NCBI GenBank assembly: GCA_903922175.1
Contig: CAIXSY010000024.1
Coordinates: 634-64,633, forward strand
Source: an uncultured delta proteobacterium
GTDB lineage: Bacteria; Bdellovibrionota_C; UBA2361; CAIXSY01
Direction: 5' to 3'
Length of the DNA: 64,000 bases
The translations under genes and the position numbers were made by a program. The notes under the pieces were generated by a model. That model saw only the letters and a program-made list of their open reading frames with translations, was not told where the DNA came from and made no database searches. This document shows, one piece after another, positions 45,883 through 55,167 of the stretch (the first letter of the stretch is position 1; each line of letters opens with the position of its first letter).

Positions 45883-47049
45883 TTAGTTCTGCCCTTGAGA
45901 AGGCAGGGATGGATTAAAGTGATTTTTAAGTCGTAGAAAAGGATATTCAAAGTAGTGGTAGCTCAGAACGCTCAGTGCGATTGAAAGAGCGAGAGCGGCG
46001 AGGGCCTGCAATACAAAAAAAATGAAAGAGCTATGGAACCAGCTAGCCCAGCCATCTACATATCTAAAAATAGTGATCGGGATCATGTGGAGTAAATACA
46101 GACTGTAAGTGTATTTCCCTAGTTTTGTGAAGTATGACAGCCTACTCATTTTAAAGAGTGAGTTTTCGCAGTAGTTCTGTTCGATGATAACAAACGAAAA
46201 AAATAAGGCATTTATCACTTGCCCCGACGGTGACCCCATGACGTCGACGGCAAATAGCCAGGTTATTCCAAATAAGTAAGCGAGCGCAATCCACCGCCCA
46301 TCCAATCTCTGCAGATTCCCTTGGATTCGGACGGAATAGGTGCATATCCAGGCAGCGATGCCGCCGCAGGCGAGATCCCCCATCGCAGAGAATGAATGGA
46401 AGATTAGTTCCGAATGTTCGGAGGGGGCGCTGTGCGCCAGACGAAACGCCACGGAAGAAAAAAAGATGATGACCATCAAAGCTAGTTGCGATGCTGAATG
46501 TTTAACTTTGAGCAGCCACGGCCAAATTGCGTAGAACTGCTCTTCAATGGCGACACTCCACTGTACGCCGAGGATCGGCGAGGGAAATACATGCATGGTA
46601 TCAAAATTTGCAGCGAGAAATAAGAATGCGGTAAGGTTGCAGTGCTCTTGGTAGTTTTGCCCCAACGCGCGGACGAGGCAGGGGTAAAGACCAAACCCGA
46701 GCAGTATCACGAGGTAATAAAGAGGCCAGATGCGCAAGATCCTACGTGCGTAGAATTTCCGAATATGGATCCTGCCATGCTGTAACTGTTCGTGTAGTAA
46801 TAAGAAGGTTATGAGAAATCCGCTCAGTACAAAAAAGAATTGCACGCCGATGAGCCCACTCGCACCGTTGATAGTCATTAAAATACGAGCGAATATTTGG
46901 AAATTTGATTTCGGTTCTGGAGCTAGCCACAGGAAGGAATGGAGAGAGAAGACCGCAAGGAAGGCCAACGTTCGGAACCCATCAAGGTTTTTAAAGATGA
47001 TGTCTTTTTTTTGGGGGGGGGCGTTTTGCGCTGACTCTCTGCATCTCAT
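45883..47049 (-). CDS. Acyltransferase family 3 (OafA-like) membrane O-acyltransferase
   Basis: 388 aa. Blocks are LDGFRTLAFLAVFSLHS and VQWSVAIEEQFYAIWP. It carries the T8G9 tract in codons 10-15. Confidence 0.85.
   Translation of the reverse strand: MRCRESAQNAPPQKKDIIFKNLDGFRTLAFLAVFSLHSFLWLAPEPKSNFQIFARILMTINGASGLIGVQFFFVLSGFLITFLLLHEQLQHGRIHIRKFYARRILRIWPLYYLVILLGFGLYPCLVRALGQNYQEHCNLTAFLFLAANFDTMHVFPSPILGVQWSVAIEEQFYAIWPWLLKVKHSASQLALMVIIFFSSVAFRLAHSAPSEHSELIFHSFSAMGDLACGGIAAWICTYSVRIQGNLQRLDGRWIALAYLFGITWLFAVDVMGSPSGQVINALFFSFVIIEQNYCENSLFKMSRLSYFTKLGKYTYSLYLLHMIPITIFRYVDGWASWFHSSFIFFVLQALAALALSIALSVLSYHYFEYPFLRLKNHFNPSLPSQGQN
47005..47021. repeat. Homopolymer tract T8G9 (C9A8 on the coding strand) inside the 5' end of the acyltransferase gene
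   Basis: The plus strand reads GTC TTTTTTTT GGGGGGGGG C. The tract encodes A-P-P-Q-K-K, and the run lengths agree with the track translation QNAPPQKKD. Confidence 0.85.
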
Positions 47050-47236
47050 ATGGAATCATTATTTGGGTCGCAGATCTCTTGATGAATCTTAGTTATTGAA
47101 CGACATGGCCACTCACTGCACGGTATCCTATGGATTGGTGTCATGTAAACTGGTTGTACCTGGGAGAACACAAGAGAGCCGTGGAACCTCAAACTTGGCG
47201 TAGAAATGCTTCATGCGCGGGGAGGTGGCATCGAGA

Positions 47237-48718
47237 TTAACTTTGCCGTAATGTGAAAGGCATTGTTTCCCCCATTATGCCGCGGGCTCGAAGAAAAATT
47301 ACCATAATTAAAAGGTAGGTGCAGGCAATACCAATTTTTATAACAACTTGAAGCCCAGCTTCCACTTGGCTAAAAAAAGGCTCGATAAGGGGGAGTAGGC
47401 ATGGGAGAAGAGCAATGAACGATGCCTCGAATATCGGCCAGGGAAGCTTTATTAACTTTTGACAAAACAGATATACCGCTGCTACCAATAACATGTTGGC
47501 AAAGACGGCTCCTATTGCTGCTCCGAGGACAGATAGCGTGACAATTAGGACGAGTGTGGTTAGGAAAGAACTGGAGAGGGCGACAAGCGTTATCACCGCC
47601 AGTAGTCTGGATTTTTTCTGCTGATAGATAACGAGAACGAGATTCGAGTAAATTACCCAGAAAAGCATCGCTGAGAGAAGTACTGGAATAAATTGCGATG
47701 TTGAGTGAAATGTAGGTGAGGTTAGTAATGATACTAGATTGGGAGCAAAAAGGCCGAAAGCTATTGCCGCAGCTGAAAAGCCTGCTGTCGACAAGAGGAG
47801 CATGTCCGTAACCTGACGCCAATGTTTTGTTTGTGATAGCTGAAAGAATCGAGGGTTGTTCGATGCTGCAAATGAATTAACTCCCAGGTAGAACGGCTGT
47901 ACGATATTCACTGCTACAAAATAAATGCCGGCGGCCTGTGTGGTGGTAAAATAAGAAAGCGCTATCCGATCTCCGAATCCTTTAATCCAATGCGCAAAGT
48001 TATGAGGAACTAGGGGGGTGGAGAATGAGAGCAACTCTCTTATCTTGGGTAACTTCTCCCTGGTATCTACTCTTCCCCACCAGAGTGTCAACAGTGCGGT
48101 TATGCTGTTAGAAAAAACGGCAGCTAATATGATGCTTAATGCATTGCGCTGAAAATAGATGAGAAATAAAACCGCGAGAGTTGTTGTCAGTGTGAACTGG
48201 ATTCCTCCAAAAAGAGAATATTCTTTCATTCGCTCTGATGCACGAAGCTGCTCTTGTGATGTGACAAAGAAGCCCCCGAGTAGGCCAGCCATGAGGGAGA
48301 AAAAAAGATATGGGTATACGGGGATATTGAAAATAAGTTTGTTCTTTAGCCAGATGGTTAATAAGACAACCCCAGATGCCGCGAGGAGAAATACCCGCGA
48401 TTGAAAATGAAGCGCAACTCGCAAGATGCTGCCAGGAGGGGACTCGCTGCGAAGAGAGAGAAAATAAACAGCATCTGAAATACCCAAGAAAACCAAAAGC
48501 GGAGCTAGTGTCGATACGGAAGCGCAAACTGACACGATCCCCAGGTTGTATTGATCAAGATAGTAAGTATAAATAGGCAGGAGCGCGCAGCTAATTAGTT
48601 TTTGTGCAATCGAGACAAAAAAATAGAGGCTTGAGTTTGAAAATCGTTTATTCAACTTCGGGACTCCAGAGATGCACGGCGTCTTGTCATGGCGCGCTTG
48701 AACTAACCCTGCTTGCAA
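47237..48718 (-). CDS. Wzx-like oligosaccharide flippase (MOP/polysaccharide biosynthesis protein family)
   Basis: 493 aa with about 12-14 hydrophobic segments. The N-terminal FFVSIAQKLISCALLPIYTYYLDQYNLGIVSV is typical. The start is non-ATG (TTG 48718 or TTG ~48655). Confidence 0.7.
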   Translation of the reverse strand: MQAGLVQARHDKTPCISGVPKLNKRFSNSSLYFFVSIAQKLISCALLPIYTYYLDQYNLGIVSVCASVSTLAPLLVFLGISDAVYFLSLRSESPPGSILRVALHFQSRVFLLAASGVVLLTIWLKNKLIFNIPVYPYLFFSLMAGLLGGFFVTSQEQLRASERMKEYSLFGGIQFTLTTTLAVLFLIYFQRNALSIILAAVFSNSITALLTLWWGRVDTREKLPKIRELLSFSTPLVPHNFAHWIKGFGDRIALSYFTTTQAAGIYFVAVNIVQPFYLGVNSFAASNNPRFFQLSQTKHWRQVTDMLLLSTAGFSAAAIAFGLFAPNLVSLLTSPTFHSTSQFIPVLLSAMLFWVIYSNLVLVIYQQKKSRLLAVITLVALSSSFLTTLVLIVTLSVLGAAIGAVFANMLLVAAVYLFCQKLIKLPWPIFEASFIALLPCLLPLIEPFFSQVEAGLQVVIKIGIACTYLLIMVIFLRARGIMGETMPFTLRQS

Positions 48719-49634
48719 GGTGTAACCTCTTCTCTAGGCGCACCCTGAGCGTTCTCCATAATAGAATGAGCATAGATTGAGAAGGATGAAAAAATATTTC
48801 TTGCAATAGTCCGCATAGTCCCCATGCAGCTCCTTCGAAGAAAGGTTTTCTCTCATTTTTTGGTGGCAACTCACGATAATTCGAATATAGGGCACTCAAG
48901 TAGTTTTCGGCATTTGCTGGGCCACTGAGGGTTAGTCCAGCGAATTTATAGCGAGTAATCGGAAAAACATCGATATATTTGTAGGCGGGGCGCTGGAGTG
49001 GGGTGCCAGCGCTTTTGGTATCAGCAGCCCATTCATGAAATGCGTATGTAACTCGGCAGTTGTTCGGTTCGCTTGTCAGGTAATCGAATTTCGTCAAGTA
49101 ATTTTCGGTGGTAAGCAATTCCAAAAAAATAGAAGTCTCCTCCCGCAGGCCAGCAGAAATGCCATTTAGAGCGGATTTGGTACGATTTCTGTCCTCATCT
49201 ATGAAGCCTGGTGAGTTGGGGAGAATTTTTGCATTTGAGATATCCAGCCCAAAGTGTTGGAATGAATGTCCGAGTCGGCGAAATCCATCCAGCGAGTTCA
49301 AAGACATGTGCATGTGGTCCAGGACATTTCGTGGAGATCTTGCATTGTGGGATATAAAAAAACGAGGATGCCATCTTGTTTCATCGATCAAGACCTTCCT
49401 TAATCTTTCGAAGCTTGCGGCAAGCACGCAAACGTCAGCATCATCATCCCAGGGAATAAATCCCTGATGGCGTATGGCACCAAGGAGCGTACCGCCATCC
49501 ATCCAGTAGTTTATAGCATGCTTTTTGCAAACCCAATCAAGGAATGAAAGTAAATCAAGGAGAACGAGCTGATAACGAAGGAGCCCAGGGTAGCTCTGAT
49601 ATTCGCAAGTGTGATCCGCGGGCTCGCTTATCAT
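48687..49634 (-). CDS. LicD-family phosphotransferase (CDP-alcohol to glycan transfer)
   Basis: 315 aa. The hallmark block is YWMDGGTLLGAIRHQGFIPWDDDADVCV. It shares an ATGA overlap with the upstream methyltransferase gene. Confidence 0.85.
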   Translation of the reverse strand: MISEPADHTCEYQSYPGLLRYQLVLLDLLSFLDWVCKKHAINYWMDGGTLLGAIRHQGFIPWDDDADVCVLAASFERLRKVLIDETRWHPRFFISHNARSPRNVLDHMHMSLNSLDGFRRLGHSFQHFGLDISNAKILPNSPGFIDEDRNRTKSALNGISAGLREETSIFLELLTTENYLTKFDYLTSEPNNCRVTYAFHEWAADTKSAGTPLQRPAYKYIDVFPITRYKFAGLTLSGPANAENYLSALYSNYRELPPKNERKPFFEGAAWGLCGLLQEIFFHPSQSMLILLWRTLRVRLEKRLHLASRVSSSAP

Positions 49635-50272
49635 GCTTTCTCGCCAAGTATGGCATAGTAGTGAGTATTATGCCATTTGTTGAACTTTGCCGGATATATA
49701 TCAAAGGCTTCGACGTGCCGAAATCCCAGTTCTTCCAACAGTGAGATCTCCTGTTGGAGCTTCCTATATTCTGCGAAATAATGCTGGCCGACCTCTTTCG
49801 ACGGACCCTCGACAACAACATTCTCTATCACGCCGAATTGATTCTTAACTATGAATTTTCCGCCCTTCTTTAGCATTCTTAGGCAGTTGCGGTATATCTC
49901 CTGCACCTCTGCTCGGTTAAAGTGGTGAAGTACTCCAAATGCGGTGATGAGGCTAAACGCCTTGTCTACAATAAAGTCTTTCAAGTCCGCATTAATTATC
50001 GTTATATTGGGACGCCTGACGATGAAATTTGAAAACTCCGGAAGAAATTCGACGCAAGTAATTTCACTGACGAGTTGAGCAATCTGGTTCACAATAAGTC
50101 CGGTGCCACTTCCTAGATCGAGCACGGTGCTGTCTGTGCATAGGTATGGCAGCAGAAAATTTACATCAAGCTGCGGAAGCGCGTGAGCATCGTTTTTTAG
50201 TTTAATATCCTCAGGAACTTTAATCTGACCCGATAGCCATCGGTAGAATTCCAAACTCTGCTTATTCTCCAT
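49631..50272 (-). CDS. Class I SAM-dependent methyltransferase
   Basis: 213 aa. Motif I is VLDLGSGTGLIVNQ, and the post-I/II blocks are VEFLPEF and ITAFGVLHHF. Confidence 0.8.
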   Translation of the reverse strand: MENKQSLEFYRWLSGQIKVPEDIKLKNDAHALPQLDVNFLLPYLCTDSTVLDLGSGTGLIVNQIAQLVSEITCVEFLPEFSNFIVRRPNITIINADLKDFIVDKAFSLITAFGVLHHFNRAEVQEIYRNCLRMLKKGGKFIVKNQFGVIENVVVEGPSKEVGQHYFAEYRKLQQEISLLEELGFRHVEAFDIYPAKFNKWHNTHYYAILGEKA

Positions 50273-50975
50273 TGCAACTCCCTGACGCCGACCTAACTAG
50301 GTATCTCGCGAGTTCTGTGCACGAGTCTACGAGGATCGTTGGTAAATTATGGGTTCTCGGATCGAATTTAACGCTCAATTCAGTACAGCCTAAAATAATA
50401 ATATCGGGGCGATATTTGTCGTACACCAATCCCATTACTGCAGCCAGCTGCTCTGTTTGTGCCGTCGACGGAAAATCCTTTATGCTATAAATAATCTTCT
50501 CTACGAGCAATTGAATGTCCTCATCGTGGTTGAGGTATTCCATCCCAAGCGCATTAATGAAAGGTTTGTAGGTTTGCTTTTTATAAGTAATCGGCGCGCC
50601 TAAAACCATAACAGAGCGCGAGTGATCTCGAAATTGCTTCAGCGCGGTGCACGTCCTTTCAATAATATTGATGACAGGGACAGCTACTTGACGGCGAATA
50701 TCGTCAATAAAAAAACAAGCGCTGTTACAAGGGATATAAACTTCATCGACCGGGTAAGATTGAAGTCTCTTTAGAGAGTCCACCATTCCAGGTACCGGGC
50801 TAGCTTCGCCGTATAAGATGTGCCGCGTGCGGCTTGGGATGTGTGGGTTGACGTCGAGTATTATCCGCAGGTGATCGCGATCAGTCGTAGCTGGAGTCAG
50901 GGCGAGGACACGCTTATAAAACTCAAACGAGGCATACGGCCCCATCCCCCCTAGAATTCCAATAGTCTTGGTCAT
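50262..50975 (-). CDS. Aspartate/glutamate-family amino-acid racemase
   Basis: 237 aa. IGILGGMGPYAS is present, and both catalytic Cys blocks are present (IPCNSA and LGCTELS). Confidence 0.85.
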   Translation of the reverse strand: MTKTIGILGGMGPYASFEFYKRVLALTPATTDRDHLRIILDVNPHIPSRTRHILYGEASPVPGMVDSLKRLQSYPVDEVYIPCNSACFFIDDIRRQVAVPVINIIERTCTALKQFRDHSRSVMVLGAPITYKKQTYKPFINALGMEYLNHDEDIQLLVEKIIYSIKDFPSTAQTEQLAAVMGLVYDKYRPDIIILGCTELSVKFDPRTHNLPTILVDSCTELARYLVRSASGSCNGE

Positions 50976-51619
50976 CGTCTGCCGACTGAGTTTTTTAGAA
51001 AAAGTTTAGCTTTTGAAAAATCTCTCATGGTGTCAATATCCATAGCTCGTACGCACACGCCACGGATTGGTAGAAAACTTGCAATATGCTGATAAACGTG
51101 AAGCTTTTTATGAGCAGCGAGATGCTCACGTCGTAAGCATGCCGGCCCTAGCCATTCGTATTCGCCGCTTCTTCGAGTAAAGGAAATTACGTGCTCTTTG
51201 TCGTCGAGCCTTACATATACGGGTTCCTCCGAAGTTTTTTTTGTGAAGCCGATGAATTCCTCTGACATGGCCAGTAATCTCTTCATGTCGTCGGGGTGTA
51301 CAAGGAGGTCTCCATCGATAGAGAAAACCAAATCATGTCCGTACTGCGCGCCTAGGTAAAGACTTGCCAGGGTTTTGGTGTTGAAATAATCGTGATTATA
51401 GATGAAAAGGATGTCGTTCCTTACTTGTCGAACCACTTCTATTAGTCTGTCCGCTTCGAACCCAACTACAATACGAACATCTTCAACTTCTTTGAGCATA
51501 TCAAGTTGCCAGTGAATAATCGGACGGCCCGAAATCTCGATCAGTGATTTGGTATGACCAAGTCCCAGGCGGCTTCCGATCCCGGCACAGGTTATAACAA
51601 CTGTTTTAGGAATGTGCAT
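50972..51619 (-). CDS. Nucleotidyltransferase (LicC/IspD/MobA-like, probable cytidylyltransferase for a phospho-alcohol)
   Basis: 215 aa. The N-terminal VVITCAGIGSRLGLGHTKSLIEISGRPII is the G-x-G-x-R...K nucleotidyltransferase loop. Confidence 0.75.
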   Translation of the reverse strand: MHIPKTVVITCAGIGSRLGLGHTKSLIEISGRPIIHWQLDMLKEVEDVRIVVGFEADRLIEVVRQVRNDILFIYNHDYFNTKTLASLYLGAQYGHDLVFSIDGDLLVHPDDMKRLLAMSEEFIGFTKKTSEEPVYVRLDDKEHVISFTRRSGEYEWLGPACLRREHLAAHKKLHVYQHIASFLPIRGVCVRAMDIDTMRDFSKAKLFLKNSVGRR

Positions 51620-52260
51620 AATCGCTCGGCAGAATATACAGCATGTGTAGCGACGCTCCTGACCGTTCGGGAGGGGGGATGAACTCCACCGAAGGCGATC
51701 GAAATATCGGACACCATCATCGCTTGCGCATCATTGTTTCCCTCCCCAATAAAAACTACGCGCTCTGCACTACGGCGGCACTGGGCCGTCACCTGCTCTT
51801 TATTTATGATCTGGTCAAGCCGAATCACGTGGTCGTCTTTTACGCACGCCGTTGATACAAAATAAGCACAGCCTAGCCTTTTCAAGAGAGGAACAACCCA
51901 GCAATCTAGGTTTTGGGTAATAACTCGGCAATTTCTCGGGTGTGTGACGATGAACGACGCTATATGGGAATTTAATTTGGTTTTTGTAATCAAGTCTCTT
52001 ATCTGAGAGACTGGGAGTTTTCCTAAGACGTTCACTCTTTTGATGAAGGACTCAATGAAAGGTACTTTTCCCTCTATCGTATCTTTGGTGAGCGCTTCAA
52101 TATCTTCTTTAATGCCCGGGAAATTCTTAGCAATTAGAGGAAGTGTCTCCTCCTCGGTGACCGTTCCGTCAAGGTCGAAAAGAAAAAGAGTCTCTGCTAT
52201 CTTTGTTTTAAAGCTACTTGCCACATTGTTGAAGATACCCTTCTTGGAAAAACAAAACAA
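51592..52260 (-). CDS. HAD-superfamily hydrolase, subfamily IB (phosphoserine-phosphatase-like)
   Basis: Motif I is LFDLDGTVT and motif IV is GEGNNDAQAM. The start is non-ATG (TTG 52260 or GTG 52224). Confidence 0.8.
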   Translation of the reverse strand: MFCFSKKGIFNNVASSFKTKIAETLFLFDLDGTVTEEETLPLIAKNFPGIKEDIEALTKDTIEGKVPFIESFIKRVNVLGKLPVSQIRDLITKTKLNSHIASFIVTHPRNCRVITQNLDCWVVPLLKRLGCAYFVSTACVKDDHVIRLDQIINKEQVTAQCRRSAERVVFIGEGNNDAQAMMVSDISIAFGGVHPPSRTVRSVATHAVYSAERLCTFLKQLL

Positions 52261-52378
52261 CTAGCAGGCTGCCTCCGAGGTTTATTACCTGTGGCGTCGT
52301 TCACTCTAATAAGGCAGCTTATAATATCAAATAATGCTGGCTGTTAATATTTATAGGGTCGAGAAGACTCTGGAACTG

Positions 52379-52768
52379 GTCAGGTAGGTAGCTGTTTTAT
52401 TATTGACCCATTTTTTCTAACTAATTAGCACTATTGATGGGGGCACCATATACGCAATATTTCGCACGGAGACGCACCGATCGCCCGGAAAAATACGGAG
52501 CGGAATGTGCCTGCCTTCATCACGCAGTCTCCTATAGGACTCCGTGGTTCCATTGTGCCTCTTGGTGTGAAACATACTGCTAAAAATGCCAAAAGTGCTG
52601 AATGGTTACCATTTTTTTAGACGACAAACCGTATCGAATTTTACTTTTGGGTCTCGGATGAAGCACTATCGCTTGGTCCGACTCGGCGCATGTCATAGTT
52701 TGCCAGAAAGGATAGGCACCATACAGCGGGCTTTGTGCCTTTGCTCTTGAAAACAGCTACCTATTGAC
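52379..52768. repeat. Pair of ~19-bp inverted repeats enclosing ~350 bp of non-coding DNA (MITE-like or relic)
   Basis: GTCAGGTAGGTAGCTGTTTT (52379-52398) faces AAAACAGCTACCTATTGAC (52750-52768). The pair lies inside the 568-bp ORF-free gap between divergent operons. Confidence 0.4.
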
Positions 52769-52828
52769 TTAAACTTGGTAACAGGTTTTTCTACTTGCGT
52801 AATCAGTCAGATTGTATATCACCTTTAG

Positions 52829-53887
52829 ATGAGTCTGCTTCTCGGATTCAAGGGCACAATGCCGAGGTTTTTTTGTACCTATCTTAATATAAATTACCTC
52901 TCTCGTGGAATTGCGCTCCTGCATTCTCTGCATGCTGTGGTAGGCGATTTCATGTTGTTGGTGGTGTGTTTTGATGAAACATCTCTTGCAGCGTGCCGTG
53001 CGCTGAACGATGAAAGACTTCAGAGCGTATCTATCGACTCGGTGGAGCAGGCTGTTCCTGCCTTGTGCGAGCTAAAATCGGTGCGTTCAGCAGTTGAATA
53101 TTTTTTTTCGGCAACCCCGTGTGTTATCGATTATGCCCTCGAGTTCTTTTCAGAGGCTCAGCTTATTACCTACCTCGATGCGGATCTTTTTTTCTTTGCC
53201 TCTCCAGAGCCCATCTTCGCAGAGATTGGGGATGCCTCAGTTGGAATTATTGAGCACCGTTTTTCGGGGCGTAATGAGCATTTAAATAAGTTTGGACGCT
53301 TCAATGTCGGTTGGGTTTCTTTTCGCCGTGACGGTGATGGTCTCGCTTGTTTACAGTGGTGGAAGGAGAGCTGTCTTGAGTGGTGCTTCGATCGACTCGA
53401 TGGCGATCGATACGCCGATCAGAAGTATCTCGATCAGTGGCCGACGCGCTTTAACAAAGTCAGAGTCATTGCGCATCAAGGGGCTAACGTAGCACCTTGG
53501 AATATGGAAAATCTTCCACTCTCAAAGACGGCCGGGCAGTTGGAGGTGGGGCGCTGGCCGCTTATTTTCTTTCACTTCCAAGGTCTTCGTCAATTGACCT
53601 CAAAGATATTTAATAGTGGGGTCGGGCGTTATGGCGTAGCCCTTGATGCCTCGTGGCGCACGCTGGTATTTGAGCCGTATGTTGGGGCATTAATTGACGC
53701 CGGTGCCTTGTTACGAGATTGTGCGCCGCATGCCTCTGCCGCGACTACGAGCCGTGTTCCTCAGCCGTTCTCAAATCGCCTTGTGGCCGTTGTTTATAGT
53801 AGCTACAATCGTGCGCGGTCCGCGTTACGTCTCGTGCGTGATGCGGCCCTATTTAGGGCGTTGGTGCGAGCCCACAAATCTTCTTAA
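52829..53887 (+). CDS. GT-A-fold nucleotide-diphospho-sugar transferase (GT8-like)
   Basis: 352 aa. The DxD block is ITYLDADLFFFASP. The N-terminal CTYLNINYLSRGIALLHSL is typical of this poorly characterised group. Confidence 0.55.
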   Translation: MSLLLGFKGTMPRFFCTYLNINYLSRGIALLHSLHAVVGDFMLLVVCFDETSLAACRALNDERLQSVSIDSVEQAVPALCELKSVRSAVEYFFSATPCVIDYALEFFSEAQLITYLDADLFFFASPEPIFAEIGDASVGIIEHRFSGRNEHLNKFGRFNVGWVSFRRDGDGLACLQWWKESCLEWCFDRLDGDRYADQKYLDQWPTRFNKVRVIAHQGANVAPWNMENLPLSKTAGQLEVGRWPLIFFHFQGLRQLTSKIFNSGVGRYGVALDASWRTLVFEPYVGALIDAGALLRDCAPHASAATTSRVPQPFSNRLVAVVYSSYNRARSALRLVRDAALFRALVRAHKSS

Positions 53888-53900
53888 TGGAGACGATTGC

Positions 53901-54743
53901 GTGCAGTGGCGAAAGATTCTAAGGCCGTTTGTCCCTCCGCTTTTATGGCAAGCTGGCCGTCTTCTTATGGGCGAGCAGGACTCGCTGCGGTTTTATGGCC
54001 CCGTTGCTTCATGGGAGGATGCCCTCGGTCGTTGCGCAGGGTATGGCTCGCCGCTTATTCTTGAGGCTGCCAAGCAAGCGCGCTTAAAAGTTGAGCGGGG
54101 GGAGGCAGCATGGGAGCGTGATGGGGTTGCCTTTTCTTCCGGCAATCCACCGTTTCCGCTTTTGTGCGCGATCCTTGTGGCATCATTAAACATCAAGCAC
54201 CGCCTCGTCGTGCTTGATTACGGCGGTGCGCTTGGGAGTTCCTACACACAGTGCCGACATTTTTTAAAAAATTTACCTGAGATATTGTGGTTAGTTGTGG
54301 AACAACCGCACATTGCGCAATGTGGACGTGAGCTTTTTGAATCATCCTCGCTAAGGTTTTTTGACAGCATTGAGGACGCTAGTCGTGCTGCAACCCCGGA
54401 CATTGTCGTTCTCTCAGGCGTGCTTCAGTATCTTTCGCGACCGTATGAGGTGCTTGCAACACTAGTCAAGCTTCGGGCCTCAGTACTCTTTATTGATCGC
54501 ACATCTTTTTCAACTTCCGCAGATCTGCTTACTGTGCAACTGGTACCAAGCGTGCACTCGGCGATTAGCTACCCTTGTTGGTTCCTTGATCAAGGGGCAG
54601 TACTTTCCATGGTAGCGGAGCAATATCTTGCATTAACTACTTTTGATTGCCCAGAGGGATTTTATAGCAGGGCGAGGCTTTGTGCGCACTTTCGGGGAAT
54701 ACTTTTTAGTCTAAAGAACTATTCGCCGTCTGAGAAAGCATAG
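53901..54743 (+). CDS. SAM-dependent methyltransferase of the TIGR04325 (LIC12133-like) type
   Basis: I use the GTG at 53901, preceded by GGAGA. Track start 53694 overlaps the previous gene. FYGPVASWEDALGRCAGYGSPLILE....GEAAWERDGV and VLDYGGALGSSY resemble that family. Confidence 0.6.
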   Translation: MQWRKILRPFVPPLLWQAGRLLMGEQDSLRFYGPVASWEDALGRCAGYGSPLILEAAKQARLKVERGEAAWERDGVAFSSGNPPFPLLCAILVASLNIKHRLVVLDYGGALGSSYTQCRHFLKNLPEILWLVVEQPHIAQCGRELFESSSLRFFDSIEDASRAATPDIVVLSGVLQYLSRPYEVLATLVKLRASVLFIDRTSFSTSADLLTVQLVPSVHSAISYPCWFLDQGAVLSMVAEQYLALTTFDCPEGFYSRARLCAHFRGILFSLKNYSPSEKA

Positions 54744-55167
54744 TTATACAAGAGTTTTAAGATGGTTCTAGGTGCATGCCAGTGTCAGTTATCGACCGAA
54801 TGGGATGACTTGACTCGTCCGTGGAGCGTTCGCAACATTTGCTTGGTTTGTGTGCACCCTTCGTAGCATTTGAGAGCTTGTCGGTTAATGAATTGGTGTA
54901 TTAGGAGGCTATGAGAAACTCCATTTCATGATTCTCCTCACCACTCTTGCAGTCCTCCTTGTGTGGAAACACTAGGTCTTTCATTAAGAGAACGGCGAGG
55001 AAACCGAATATTTCAGGGGTCCCCGCTAATCTAGTTAGTTTTGTTGATGAATTCAGTGCTTGAGATAGTCAGTATTAGAAGAAGGAGATCCTTGGTTATC
55101 TTGGCATGCCCTTGGCGATTCATGCTAGGCTCCTTGCGCTTAGTAGGTACGATAGTAGTGTGGAGCA

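Noticed and set aside
54911-54975. A strong AGGAGG followed by a 6-codon ORF (MRNSIS) that overlaps, via ATGA, a 15-codon hydrophobic ORF (MILLTTLAVLLVWKH) in the gap before the GT4 gene.
   Set aside because: It is too short to support from sequence alone. It could be a leader peptide or a small membrane peptide, but I have no conservation or expression evidence.
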